NCBI GenBank assembly: GCA_951406725.2
Contig: OX597824.1
Coordinates: 63,426,001 to 63,490,000, forward strand
DNA from: Octopus vulgaris
Taxonomy: Eukaryota
Direction of reading: 5' to 3'
DNA length: 64,000 bases
The notes under the pieces are model-generated. The model searched no databases and was not told where the DNA came from. It worked only from the letters and a program-made list of their open reading frames with translations. This document shows, piece by piece, positions 1 to 13,016 of the stretch (position 1 is the stretch's first letter; every line of letters begins with the position of its first letter). The position numbers and the translations under genes are program-made.

Positions 1-824
1 CAAATGTTTGGAACCATGGGTTACTGCTCATCTAACTTTTGGGTACTTAATGCAAGAAGATTGCAGGATTTAATCTATCGACTTAGATTTAGTCCTTATG
101 AATAATGTGACCATCAATTCGAATAAGAATTCCGCCTTAAGCTACGTTATAAAGCTTACAGTATTTTTTGAGGCTTTACGGAGTTTCTCTACACAGTAAT
201 TAATGCACCAAGAGAAACAAAACTCTAAAAATGATGATTTATACATTCAGCATTCACAGAATATAGAAGGCTTGTCACTGAGTTTTCAGTGCTTTAGTAT
301 GATTCTAATATTAATCAACGTGTGTTCGTCCTTTTCTCGCTTCCTATCTTTCACTCGATTTATCTTTCCTTCTATCTATAATTATTTTTCTATCTACGTG
401 TCTAGCTTTATTCCCCTACGGTCATTTCTCTCTCTCTCCCACCATTTGTCAGTCTCTCTACCCACTAATACACTTTCCGTATTTTCCCCTCTCACAAGAC
501 ACCTCTTGATCTTCCTGTTTTCTTATGCAACCCTTACTGACACAGGCTTTAAACAAAATATTAGTATTGAATAAGCAAGAAGAAAGCACACACTATTCAT
601 ATTAATAAATGCGTAAGAAAAACATTGAAAATTGAACGGCTTATAGCACACACAAATAGCAAATGGCGTTGTAAAGATATTCGAATATGTTTATTATTCA
701 TGTGTTCGTACATACGCATAAACAGTAGTCCTGTCATGAACACTTCAGTCTGACCGGTATAACAGAAGTTGCTGTATACCTTTGCACATGTGTTACCACC
801 GGAAATACATAATAAACATGCATC

Positions 825-834
825 TTATTGAAAT

Positions 835-884
<50 letters not shown>

Positions 885-912
885 AAATCAAATATATATG
901 TATATATATATA
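825..912. repeat. (TA)n microsatellite flanked by a duplicated TTATTGAAATCAAATA
   Basis: Same 16-mer at about 825 and 879 either side of a (TA)n run. Confidence 0.85.
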
Positions 913-1292
913 TCATGGCCCGTAAATATTCGGCGTAATCTTACTATCAAAGTGGATTTTTGAACCCAATATTTGCATGCTTTTATTTATAGCTTATATG
1001 CACTTCGCAAAACAATTCTAAAAAGGAATCCCTACAAGTTCTCTCGAAAGTTTAAACATTGTTATGACGTCAATATTATGCACACGCGTGCGACACATAT
1101 ATACATATATGTATATGTGAATATATATATATGCATATATATATGCATATATATACACACACGCACGCACACGCATATACATATACCTATATGTATATAT
1201 GGAAAAATATATATATAAGTATATATATATATATATGTATATACGTATATATACATATACACACACATACATACATAAATATATACATACGT

Positions 1293-1367
<75 letters not shown>

Positions 1368-2477
1368 CTACCAGAGTATGGACCAGTTAGTATACATATA
1401 ACTGTATTTTTCCCAAAACCTCAGAAAATAATGTACAACGCAAAACACTTTACCCAAGCCTTCTTAAAAGCTTCTGTGAATGAAGGAACCATTTCATTTT
1501 CCTAATTTATTTTCTTCAATATTCTTAATATTTTCCCTCATCACTTTCTAAAGTAGATTTTTTGCTGAAAGTTTATAACTATTAAGTTGAGAAGTATCCT
1601 TGTAGTTTAAAGAGATATTGGCGTCTATTGCAAATTCTAAATGTCCATCGTTACCGGCTTGCTGCTAAAGCATTATGACTAAAAAGGCGGTTTCTTAGTT
1701 GTTTTTTTATTTTCTGTCATAACTATTCATCAATGTTCGTAGGAATCTTGATTGTGGTCGATAGATATTCTTGCTAGTCTGGGCGAAATGGAAAACAGGA
1801 ACAACAAATTCAGAACATAGATGTAAAATGCCTCTGGAGCATAAACACATTTTGGTAAGTATTTAAGTCTCTGAAACACACTATCAACCGATCTTAATCG
1901 TAGTTATATAACACATTAAATTTATATATACATGAAATATGTACATAACAAACCACATTTTCAAAAGCTTCAGAACTGATTTCATTTGGGAAGACAAAAT
2001 TTTGTATATTCGGTACACACTGAAGTTATATATACTGAAGTTACTATGATGTAAATTTCTCTTAAAATGCACAAGAGTAAAATCTGTAATGTAGTGTAAA
2101 TTTGCCAAAATATGTATTTTTTACATAATTCGGCTAAAAACCACGTTGCATATCACATATTTCAAATGCTTTTTTTTTTCAGTTTATAAGGAGAATCAAA
2201 TGTGCAATACATTGCGCAAATTGTAAAGAAAAAAACTGCTCTTGAAATGCAGTTTTCATCAAACCCTTCATTCACTACTGTAGAGATAGTCGAAAAATGT
2301 TTACCTAACTAATAGGCGTAAATATAATATCTCAAACAGCACACTGTTCGTATTGTTGATGCTGTTTACTTCCGTTGATTTATATCTTTTAGAAGAAGGA
2401 GCAGTCTCATATCATGTTTGAAAATGCAAATTGCCTAATTATACGTGGTTAAACAAACACACACACACACACACACG

Positions 2478-2548
2478 TATGTATGTATGTATGTATGTAT
2501 GTATGTATGTATGTATGTATGTATGTATGTATGTATGTATGTATGTAT
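2478..2548. repeat. (TATG)n microsatellite
   Basis: Direct reading. Confidence 0.95.
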
Positions 2549-2826
2549 GCATGCACGTACGTATATATGTATGTATGTATTTGTGTATGCTTTAGCAGCG
2601 ATGCGTGATACTAGAATTTTCGACCCGAGTTACGAAGAACAAACTACTACAAATCCTTCCTAGAGGGTCCGTAAAAATAGTATAGGACAGACTAAATTTT
2701 ATTGAAGCCAAGTCGTGCGAATTATAATAAGGAAGTCAAACTAATAATGATTTTGTAGCATTTAATATGTATTAAATGCTTTCATTTATCATTTTTTATT
2801 TGTCTTTATAATATATACATAGATAC

Positions 2827-2938
<112 letters not shown>

Positions 2939-2939
2939 T

Positions 2940-3245
2940 AATATAAGGGTAAATAATTATTAATTTTTAAATTGACAATTGTTACCAAGTGTTATCGGTA
3001 TGAAAAGAGTACCATAAACGGTAGGAACTTTTAGAAAATGTTTTAAATGTATATATATATATATATATAATTAGGGTTAAGCAACAGGTTGCTAAGCCAC
3101 ATACCGAAAATTTAGAAATTGCAGCCAAAAATCACTTTTTCCCATTTACTACAAGTAAATGTTATATGTGGAGCTATATTTCTAGTAAATGGGAATAAGC
3201 GGTTTTTGGCTGCTATTTCTAAATTTTCGGTATGTTGCTAAAATT
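2940..3245. mobile_element. Short non-coding repeat with fold-back inversion (putative PLE pLTR-type remnant)
   Basis: Imperfect inverted repeat 3099-3151/3183-3235. 3070-3128 is homologous to 43074-43132 (TTAGGGTT.AGCAAC...ACCGAA..TTTAGAAAT.GCAG.CAAA). Confidence 0.5.
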
Positions 3246-3263
3246 AATTATATACATATATAT

Positions 3264-3322
<59 letters not shown>

Positions 3323-3387
3323 CATGCATACATGCATACATACATATACACACACGCATACATACATACATATATATACATACGAGA

Positions 3388-4591
3388 CGAGAGGAAATCA
3401 AAAATTATCCGCACTTTCACCATAACACACATTTATTATTGTGACACTGCCTTCTGCGCGTGCATGCATATAGTTGGTACTGAGCCTGATCGCGCCACTT
3501 CTCTTTTTGACTTTACAATGTATGTATGACGGCTCCACTAGTAATGCGCACCAAAGAACAAAGAGCAGTGATCCGATATCTCTGGTCGGTAGATGACAGC
3601 TGCTGAAATTCATCGGAGGCTTTTAGCATAACACGGGGACTGTGCACTACTGCGTAGAAGTATGTATGAGTGGATCGAGAAGTTTGAAATTGACCGGACA
3701 AACGTGACGCACGAAGAAAAAGCAGGATGCCCGTCAACCTCCACCACTGACGAGAAGATCCAGCAAGTTCAAGAGAACCAGCGATTTATCATCAATGAGG
3801 TAGCTCCATCTCTAGAGATTAGTCATATTGCTGCATATCAAATCATCCACGAATAGCTCGGCTTCCATAAAGTCTATGCAAGATGAGTGCCAAGAGAGCT
3901 TACTGCAGAGTACTAGCGCAAGCTTCTTGAGGTCTACCAACGTTTATTCGATCGCTACAGTAATGATGGCGAGTAATCTTTGAGCAGAATTGTCACAGGT
4001 GATGAAACGTGGGTTCATCATTATGAGATAGAATTCGAAGGACGAAATGTGGGACAGAAACTTTCTGGCTCATCACGAGGACCTTATACTGGAAGAGTAC
4101 CTGGAAAAGGGGTGTACAATCAATAGTGTAAGATACAGTGATTTGCTTGCCAAAAACTGACACCAGCAATTCGCACCAAACGCCGAAGCCTATTGTCGAA
4201 GAAGGCTTTCTTATTGCATGCTAATGCACGCCCACATACGGTAGCCAAGACCGTTGAAACCACTAGCCAGTTGGGTTTTGAAGAGCTGAAACGCCCTGCC
4301 TACAACCCAGATGTCGACCCTTCCGACTATCATATCTTTGTATCGCTGAAACATGGTTTACCAGGTCGTCGATTTCCTACGAGGGATGATGCGAAGGAAG
4401 CGGTGCATAAATAGTCGAAAGACAAATCAGAAACCTTCTTCTTGGAGGGAATACACAAGCTTGTGGACCGCTGGCCCTAATGCATCGAAAAGGAAGGAAA
4501 CTATATAGAAATATGACGTACTTGTTTATACCCTGCTTTGTGTAAAAACATTGAAAAAACAAGAGTGCGTATAATTTTTGACTCACCCTCG
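3388..4591 (+). mobile_element. Full-length decayed mariner (DD34D) transposon, about 1.2 kb
   Basis: TIRs CGAGAGGAAATCAAAAATTATCCGCACT / AGTGCGTATAATTTTTGACTCACCCTCG followed by TA. Transposase motifs *VPREL, IVTGDETWVHHYE, LLHANARPH, PAYNPDVDPSDY with stops and frameshifts. Confidence 0.95.
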
Positions 4592-4602
4592 TATATATAT
4601 GT

Positions 4603-5060
4603 GTTCAGTGATGAAAAGAGGTATGCACAGCTGACAAGGAATAGGATCTCCACTGCAGTTGTAACAGCTCAGAGAAGCAACTTCTATGAAGCAGCTTTCA
4701 ATTATGATCCAGTAGTTCATTATGCAGATGATAGTAGAGTTTCTATTGGTGCAATAACAACTAAGTCCATACATTGTAAAGCAATGTCGGGAGACATCTG
4801 CACTGTGCTGCAGTGGTGGAAAGTTTAAGCTCCCTGCAATCCCCGAACTCTAGAGCCACTGAAAAAAAACATTGTCATCAACTGACCAACATTCGAGGCA
4901 CTTCCTTCCAAAACAAAATTAGACACTGCAACGCTGCACTACAGATGACATCAAGATATTTACCGGAGCCAGGATTCATGTAAACTTTGAAGATCCAAGG
5001 TCAAATTTATGATTGGATTGACTCTCTACTTCCTCTGTCAAATGAATCACCAAAATCGGT
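4603..5060 (+). mobile_element. Helitron Rep/helicase N-terminal coding fragment (decayed)
   Basis: Translated pieces AFNYDP..VSIGA..HCKA, CCSGGKV*LP, NAALQMTS, GFM*TLKIQGQIY, SLLP..NESPK match the Helitron N-terminal pattern CC.NGKV.LP / FQMTSF / FKVQGQVYH.IGSLLP. Confidence 0.85.
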
Positions 5061-5665
5061 CTTTCATTGTTTATAATCCGTACCAGTTTTTTGGTTATGA
5101 AATAAGCTAAACAAATCGCAATTCTGAATTAAGAATATTTACTTTATATGCAAATATGAGTTGAAAACTTTCTTTTAACATTTAGCTTAACGCTTATACT
5201 CCAAGCTGGTATGGACTGGAGAGTTATTTGTTTAACATTTTTCTATTTACATTGCGCTGAAGATTCGAGCACGCATGACGTATTGGATTCTTAGTAAATA
5301 CTCAGTCCTTTAAATCGGTAATAAAAAAGAGAGGAAGATAAGGAATTTATCATCACAATTTAGGAATTTATAAACACAATGTACTGGATGATTCAAATGA
5401 TTACCGTAACTCTCTCGAGTAAAGCAAATACTGAAGGTATTTTTCTGACAATATCTAATAAAGGTCAGGAATATTACACGTTTAAATAGCCTACTAACAT
5501 AATGAGGCATTCAATATGGCAGCAGAATACATTTCATTTCGTACGGAGTAAGAAGTTCTTCTAGGGCAATTTTTTAGTGAACGTTCTCAGAAAGGAATAT
5601 TGTTATATTCTGAGTTACAGAGAAATAGATGAAGATTATGACTCTTTCAACCACAACTCTACAAT

Positions 5666-5850
5666 TTTATATTTAAGAGATGAGGAAATATGTACATTAT
5701 TTACAGTATTTACATTTGACAGATATTTGTCCTCATCTTGTTTGTTGTTAATACAATGTTTCGGCTGATATACCCTCCTGCCTTCTTCAGGTGTCTTGGG
5801 GGAATTTCGAACCTGGGTTCTCATTCTTAAGGTATTTTTCGATGTTGTTG

Positions 5851-5903
<53 letters not shown>

Positions 5904-6021
5904 GTTGTTGTTGTTGTTGTTGTTCAGATCACTGCTTGGAATCGAACTCGGAATATTAGGGTTAGTAGCCCGCGCTCTTAACCACTACGCCACATGCCCA
6001 CGGGCATATGGCGTAGTGGTT
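5666..6021 (-). mobile_element. tRNA-headed SINE-like element with internal (CAA/TAA)n and hammerhead-like motif
   Basis: Minus strand: A box TGGCGTAGTGG, B box GAGTTCGATTCC, microsatellite, then GACAC-CTGAAGA-A-GGCAGG..TCAGCC-GAAA-C-ATT-GTATT. Body shared with 50682-50866. 20-bp inverted copy of the head at 6002-6021. Confidence 0.8.
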
Positions 6022-6619
6022 TTATTACTTTCCAAGTGAGCTTAAAAAATTGATAAATATGCAGTCTATGAAAGAAAAAAGATAATTAGCATTGTTTTGT
6101 ATTGTCGCTATCACTTTTTAATAGCCAAATATGACACGTGAGCGTGTGCCTTTTTGTTTGTGTGTGTGTGTATGTCTGTCAGTCAGTCTGCCCGTCTGTC
6201 TGTATGTGTTCGCGCGCGCGTGCCTCTCTGTGTGCGCGTATGTGTGTGTGATATATTACGCATGTATTGATGTATAATACCTATCAATATTTGAGGAACA
6301 AAGTTATCCTATTAATTTCTTTTTTATCAAATCAATATTATAAGCTATCAGATGTCTAGCTGCTATTGGAAGAATGATATAATAAAAATTTCACAATGGG
6401 AAAGGTCATCTAAAGTCGAAGGATGTTTGACAGAAACCATTAGTTTTAATCGAGTCATCGAGATCTCTATATTTGTATGTTTAGAAATCAACGTTTACCT
6501 TAGCCGCTATGTAAAATAACAGTTATAGTCTGACAGCCATTTCTCAATTACAAGGCAAAACTGACAACAACATCACCAAGACGTTATCAATCTTTATGAG
6601 AAATGCAAGAATACATATT

Positions 6620-7125
6620 TTGGAAGATTCATGTAGTTTACTATAACGAACCCAGGAGCAGTACACAGCTTAGATGTCTTGCAAACAACTTGCACATGCA
6701 AGTGTTACCAGTTAAAAGCTCCGTATACCGGAAGCTAGCGAGTGTATGGGGTCATCAGGAGAGAATGCGCGCCGTTTCGGGGCCTACCTCTCGACGGCAT
6801 CAATGCGCACCGGCACCCCTCACTGATATGAGGCCCCGCTTGCTAGATCAGCTGGTTATGAAGAACTCAATATACTTCTAGCCATCGCTCATCGTCTCTT
6901 TTTAACCAAATCCAGTGGCTAGACTTCTCCACTGTAGATTGGATATCAGTCATGGTGGTATTGACTTTACGACCAGTTAAGCCTATCGATAACAACAGTC
7001 GTCTCACGCTTTATCCAACAAACCCTCTACATCCGACTTCGATAGGAAAATGTTCCGCTTTCCAGCCTGCGTCTTCACATTCGTCGAGGAGATTTTTCAT
7101 AACGGTTCAAAGTAAATTCGACGCC
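6620..7125 (-). mobile_element. Hero-like non-LTR retrotransposon 3' end (RLE C-terminus plus 3'UTR)
   Basis: Minus translation LLDECEDAGWKAEHFPIEVGCRGFVG*SVRRLL..IGLTG..VEKSSHWIWLKRDDERW, with the PVEVGCRGF and W.WL.R motifs of Hero-clade elements. Confidence 0.85.
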
Positions 7126-7199
7126 TGTTCTATGTAATATCAGAGCACGCAGAGATATATATCTAAATTCAGCCAAGCATTTCTAATTATCATAATAAA

Positions 7200-8030
7200 A
7201 TATTAAATATAAAAAAAAATATCTGGCATAATGATAAGCTAAAAAATCCCACCCTGAATAAACTTACGTAATTATTAAACACTAATCTTAAATTTATGAA
7301 TAATCGCTCCAAAAGACGTCTCAATTCAACGAATACCAAACTAATCGTAATGTTTCCACAAACCAGATACATAAAAATCAACAAACCAGATTTTCTACAT
7401 CCCAGGCAGAAATGAATCAGCCTTTACATTTTTATATATATAATTGACTTCTCAACATCTCGAAAGCCCCTTCGCAAAATTTTAACCTTCCATAACAAAA
7501 CAACTATGAAAAACGATACTACATTGATTTCTGCAAAATAAACAAGAGTGTTAGATATTCTGCAGAAATTTGAAAAATTATTAGTATGTACTTTAAATGA
7601 AATATATATTGAATTGCAAAGCATTAAAGAGGAGGAAAACAAAATATGTGACAGTTTGTTTATCTCTAGAAAAAATGTAAACTAGCAACTGGCAGATAAA
7701 TTCAGGGAATACCTAAACAAACAGTTCAACGACCAGAACTTCAAAATCATAATATTTATCAACCTCAAAATAGTCAACTTTTTGGATGAAACATTGGGCG
7801 TCAGCCGGGAATAAATTCCAAATTCATATTAAGCCAAACCGCTCCAGCTTATATATACAGTAACTGAAACCACCCAGGAAATGTTCTTAGAAATCTCTCC
7901 AGCAACCTATGCAAACAAATCTCGGCAATTTGATCAGACAAAGAAACATGAAATCGAGTAATAAATATATGTAACAATGCAAGGACACTTGAGGATTTCA
8001 ATGAAAGTATAAAACAGCAAAGATGCACAA
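7200..8030 (+). mobile_element. Penelope-like element reverse transcriptase/thumb fragment (decayed)
   Basis: FNDQNFKIIIFINLKIVNFLDETL..KPNRSSLYI..NHPGNVLRNL...KQISAI matches the PLE pattern NLKIVNFLDVTL..KPN..PLYI..SNHP. Left boundary uncertain. Confidence 0.8.
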
Positions 8031-8252
8031 GACGCAACTGGACAAAGTATGTCATTGTTAATGTTGTTTGCTGTGGGAAGGCTTTTAACTTTCAAACCAT
8101 ATACCGTCATATGTATATTAACACATTACTACATATATCCATATATTTATGCATATATATATCCATATATTTATCCATATATTTACATGAGTAGGTTTAT
8201 TATGCATAAACACAAACACACACACACTTATAGATATACATACATATATATG

Positions 8253-8304
<52 letters not shown>

Positions 8305-8694
8305 AGGTTGTATATGAGTGCGTATGTACATGTATGTGTGGATTTCCGACTTTATGTGAGCCAAATATATTGAGAGCCATCTTTAATAAAATGGTAAATA
8401 GGGACATAAAATTATGATTTATTTTTACATCATTTTAATATAGTTTTATAAACGCATATATATACACTGAGGTATTGTTAATGTTTTTAAACGAATTACC
8501 ACAAGATTTTAATAATAACATTGCATTAGCACATTTTCTGTTAGAATTTCTCTTTCACCGACGTAATTCACCGTGTTTGTCGGGTGTTATCCTATATTTT
8601 TACCATTCCTGAGTTGCATCCCGACAAACAAAAGCAGAATACTCCCAATAATGACATTTTTAAAGCATTTTTTAAAAGACTTTTTTCAAACGTT

Positions 8695-9030
8695 AGACTG
8701 CAGCCATACGGGGCACCACCTTGAAGAATTTTTAGTCGAATGAATACACCCGAGTAGTTATATTTTTAAAGACTACTACTTACCTTGCTACTTTTGTCGA
8801 ACCGCTACGTCGCGGATACGTAAACACGCCAACACAGCTTGCCAAGCGGTCGTGGTGGACAAACACAGACACTTATACATAAATATACATTGATACGACG
8901 GGCTTTTTTCAGTTCCTATCTACCAAATCCACCCACAAGGCGTTAGTCAGCCTGAGGACTATAGTAGAAAACACTTGCCCAAGGTGCCACGCAGTGAGAC
9001 TGAACCTGGACATCAAGTTTCTTACTGCAC
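8695..9030 (-). mobile_element. tRNA-derived SINE family A (CORE-like CCTTGGGCAAGT box)
   Basis: TCTACCAAATCCACCCACAAGG..ACACTTGCCCAAGGTGCCACGCAGTGAGACTGAACC, shared with many copies in the window. Confidence 0.85.
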
Positions 9031-9723
9031 AGACACGTCTAACATCAGTAATAATAACGTTAGAACTCAAAATCAAATTCCACATAGTACTGATATCTAT
9101 CAAAAATTGTAACCAACGTTAGAGTCTATAAATCGTTCAAAGAATAAAACTACACTAAAAGTGAGAAGGTCGTTGAATGTCAAAGACAATTTTAAAATGT
9201 AGTTGTCACCAGGTTTAGATTAATAACACCAATTTTGTAACAAATATGACAAAATTGGCATGATTCTGGTGAAACCTGAGCAACTGACGCCATCTTTGCT
9301 AGGTTAAATGCAAATTTAAGTACAACCGTACAAAGATATTCATTCTTTCATCTATAAATATATCTACTAGCATAACTTCTATCTAACCCCATAATTATGC
9401 ATATGTATTGCATTTTGATAGCTTGTGTGTGTGAGTGTACATGTGTATTCATATATATGCATATACATGCATATATACGCATAAATTCATATGTACTAAT
9501 ATATACATGTTTATATATATTTATATATATATGTATACACCCCCCACATATATATGTTTGTATATATGTATGCATGTAACTATATATGTATATATATGCT
9601 TTCGGCGCGAATGTTTTTCTTTATACGGCACCGCGTTTATAATCCTATAAATAATAATAATGGTATTTTTATATAAGCTTAAAGCTTATGGCGATCACCG
9701 CGCAATGGCTAAGGAAAATAATT

Positions 9724-9868
<145 letters not shown>

Positions 9869-10109
9869 TAAATTCAATATATATATAAGATTAAAAAGAT
9901 AATGAAAAAGAAAAATAGGCGTGTTTGTACTTATGCATGTAGTATGGATGTAAGAGAGCGGCTATATACTATTTATGGCCTATATATCCTTTTCTTTGTA
10001 GTACCTCGCATAAGTACTCGCACATTGTGTAACAGATTATACATGTATACGATCACATAATTACTCACAGAAAGAAAATATACGAAAATTTGTTTGCATA
10101 GGTCACTAT

Positions 10110-10320
10110 ATTGGTTTCGAATTTTGGCAGAAGACCAGCGATTTGGGGGTAGGGGTTAGGTCGATTACATCAACTCTAGTGCTCAACTGGTACATATTTT
10201 ATCGTCCTCGAAAGAATGAAAGTGGTCCTTGGCGGAATTTGAACTCAGAACGCAATGAGAGACGAAGTGCCGCTCAGCATTTTTCTCAGCGTGCTAACGA
10301 TTCAGTCATCTCGCCGCCTT
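10110..10320 (-). mobile_element. SINE family B (Meta/MESC-like domain)
   Basis: CTGGTACATATTTTATCGTCCTCGAAAGAATGAAAG..GGCGGAATTTGAACTCAGAACG is the reverse complement of the 15138 copy. Confidence 0.8.
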
Positions 10321-10602
10321 ACGCATAGGTTGCTACATTCTCACACTTACACAAACGTATCTATTAATACGAGTCAGCGTATACACATTCACACATGGCG
10401 TTTAATCATCGAGGTGGCACGATACTATGGCGGAATAGTGTAAATTTTACTGTCTTTCCATAAGAAAATAGGAGAAGCAAAAATACCTACAAAGTTTTAG
10501 TGATAGAAGTCTGGTAGGTGTTATATCTGTCAGCCACTAGTTAGTTACAGGGGAGAGCAAATATCAGTAGCGAGTAAATCCAGGAAACGACTGATAGTAT
10601 AT

Positions 10603-10655
<53 letters not shown>

Positions 10656-10674
10656 TATATTAAAAAAAAAAAAA

Positions 10675-10995
10675 GACTCCGCCGGTTACAACGACGAGGG
10701 TCCCAGCTGATACGATCAACGGAACAGCTTGCTCGTGAAATTAACGTGCAAATGGCTTAGCATTCTACAGACACGTGTACCCTTAACGTAGTTCTCGGGG
10801 ATAATCAGCGTGACACAGAGAGTGACAAGGCTGACCCTTTGAAATACAAGTACAACTCATTTTTGCCAGCTGAGTGGACTGGAGCAACGTGAAATAAAGT
10901 GTCTTGCTCAAGGACACAACGCGTCGCCGGGAAACGAACTCACAACCTTACGATCATGAGCCGAATGCCCTAACCACCAAGCCACGCGCCCTCAC
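10675..10995 (-). mobile_element. tRNA-derived SINE family C
   Basis: Minus head TGGCTTGGTGGTTAGGGCATTCGGC..GAGTTCGTTTCC (A/B boxes). Second copy at 51518-51832 on +. Confidence 0.9.
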
Positions 10996-11102
10996 CATAC
11001 ATATATACATGAGCTCTAGGTAACAAAGGATTCGTGTAAGTGTCCGAACACGAAACTATTTAGTTGCAAAGCGAATTTCTTAACCACACGTCATATCACC
11101 TC

Positions 11103-11161
<59 letters not shown>

Positions 11162-11496
11162 AATACATACATATATGTATGCGTGCGCGTGTATGTATAT
11201 GCGTGTAGGAGCTGATATAGCTGCGTAGTTAAGAAACTCGCATTGCAACTGTGCGGTTTCGTGTCCAGACCTCTTTGGTTACCTATTGAACACGATTGCA
11301 ATTTGAAAGAATATGATAGACGTAATCTGTGTGGAATTCCGTTGTGCTTGTGTATATCAGTGTCTGTGGGTGTGAGCTTTTGTCTATCGTGACCCGACCA
11401 CTTGACTGTTGGCGTTTACAACTAAGTGAGCTAACGATTCGTCATAAAGAGTGATCGAATAAGAACCGGTCTTCAAATAAAAATACTGGTGCCGGT

Positions 11497-11770
11497 ATAT
11501 ATATATATTATATAAAATACGTTCTGTCTGTCTGTTTGGGTGTCTTCTAGGATCTCGGGCATCCTCCATCCGATTGCGCTCAAATTTGATATGCAGATAC
11601 CGACGGTATCAGGGCGCGTATAAGTCTTGAAAAAATTACAAAAATCGATTCCATGTGAGAATGCGTTCGATAAAGCGGTGGGAACGTGCATTTGTAAAAT
11701 CGTTTTTTTCTTAATAGAAAAAAGTCTATCTTTATTTCTTCTTTTGCTTATGTCTCAAATTTAGGTTATA
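11497..11770 (+). mobile_element. Non-autonomous Helitron/Helentron-like element
   Basis: TATATAAAA..(TCTG)n..CCGATTGCGCTCAAATTTG layout typical of DINE-1/Helitron-N elements. A hAT-like terminus CAGTGTTTCTCAAA follows at 11772. Confidence 0.55.
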
Positions 11771-12342
11771 TCAGTGTTTCTCAAAGGGGAGACCTATGGG
11801 ACGGTCGGACAAGTTGAGTGAATTTGGTTTAAATGTTTGACAACTCAGCACCGGGGGGAGTTTTGCTCCTACATATATATATTTGTATCTCAATGCTTTC
11901 ACTCCACACACGCCAGCTCAAATTGATTCATCCTTATTAGTTGAAAGACACCTGTTATTAGTCTCTTGTTGTTTGTATTTGTAATCGTGTAACATTTTCT
12001 TTGGGCTCTCTTTTTTATTTGTCTGTGTTGTCGTACACATTCGCTTGTTTTCTTCCCAAAATTTAATGCTCTTAGCTTAGATTTTTGGGGCCAACCAATT
12101 TTGAATAGTGTCAAGTGCAACAGGTCGGAACAGTAATGATAATTTGGAAACTTCCTTTTTCCAGTCCGTCTTTGTATCGTCCACATATCTGTCCGTATGA
12201 TTTTATTATCGTCTGTTACGTTTTTATTCTATTTTGGGCATTTATATACATCTATATCTATACACATATATATATATATATATACATATATGTGTGTGTG
12301 TATGTATGTATATATATATATATGTATGTATGTATGTATGTA

Positions 12343-12378
<36 letters not shown>

Positions 12379-12429
12379 TGTATGTATGTATGTATATATA
12401 TACATATATATATATATACATATATATTC

Positions 12430-12580
12430 GATGTGCCTCTTTCAGTTTCCGTGAACCAAATCTCCTCAGAACGCTTTGGTCGGCCCGAGGCTATAGTAAA
12501 ATCGCATGCCCAAGATGCCACGCAGTGAGACTGAACCCGGAACCATGTGGTTGAGCAGCGAGTTTCTTACCACACAGTCA
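12430..12580 (-). mobile_element. SINE family A, 5' half
   Basis: GGTCGGCCCGAGGCTATAGTA..GACTGAACCCGGAACCATGTGGTTG..TTACCACACAG. Confidence 0.85.
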
Positions 12581-12719
12581 TACATATATATATCATTGTG
12601 TGTGAGTATGTACATGTGTGTATCTATCTATGTATATATATATATATATATATATTATAATACAATGTGAATGTAGGTCATAACACCCTGGCAACGCCGG
12701 GCTACATCGCTAGTATATG

Positions 12720-12755
<36 letters not shown>

Positions 12756-12757
12756 TG

Positions 12758-12809
<52 letters not shown>

Positions 12810-12982
12810 GAAAGAGAGAGAGAAAGAATATTATCACAGTAATCATTACCATTATCATTATTAGTTGCAATCGGCGTAACATACTAAAGCAGCATTATTT
12901 CTGTAATCGTAGTAATCGTAAATCGTCATTTGTTTTGTTCGCAATTTTGCCATCGTTTGCATCAGCATCGTCGATATCATCG

Positions 12983-13016
<34 letters not shown>

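Noticed and set aside
203-574. 123-aa ORF
   Set aside because: Pyrimidine-rich low-complexity sequence with no recognisable domain or splice context
1370-2110. Possible pogo/Tigger C-terminal remnant on minus (ENEMVPSFTEAF)
   Set aside because: One short weak motif, no TIRs identified
5923-5999. tRNA gene
   Set aside because: Has A/B boxes but no acceptor-stem pairing or T-run terminator; treated as a SINE head (same for 48772 and 10995)
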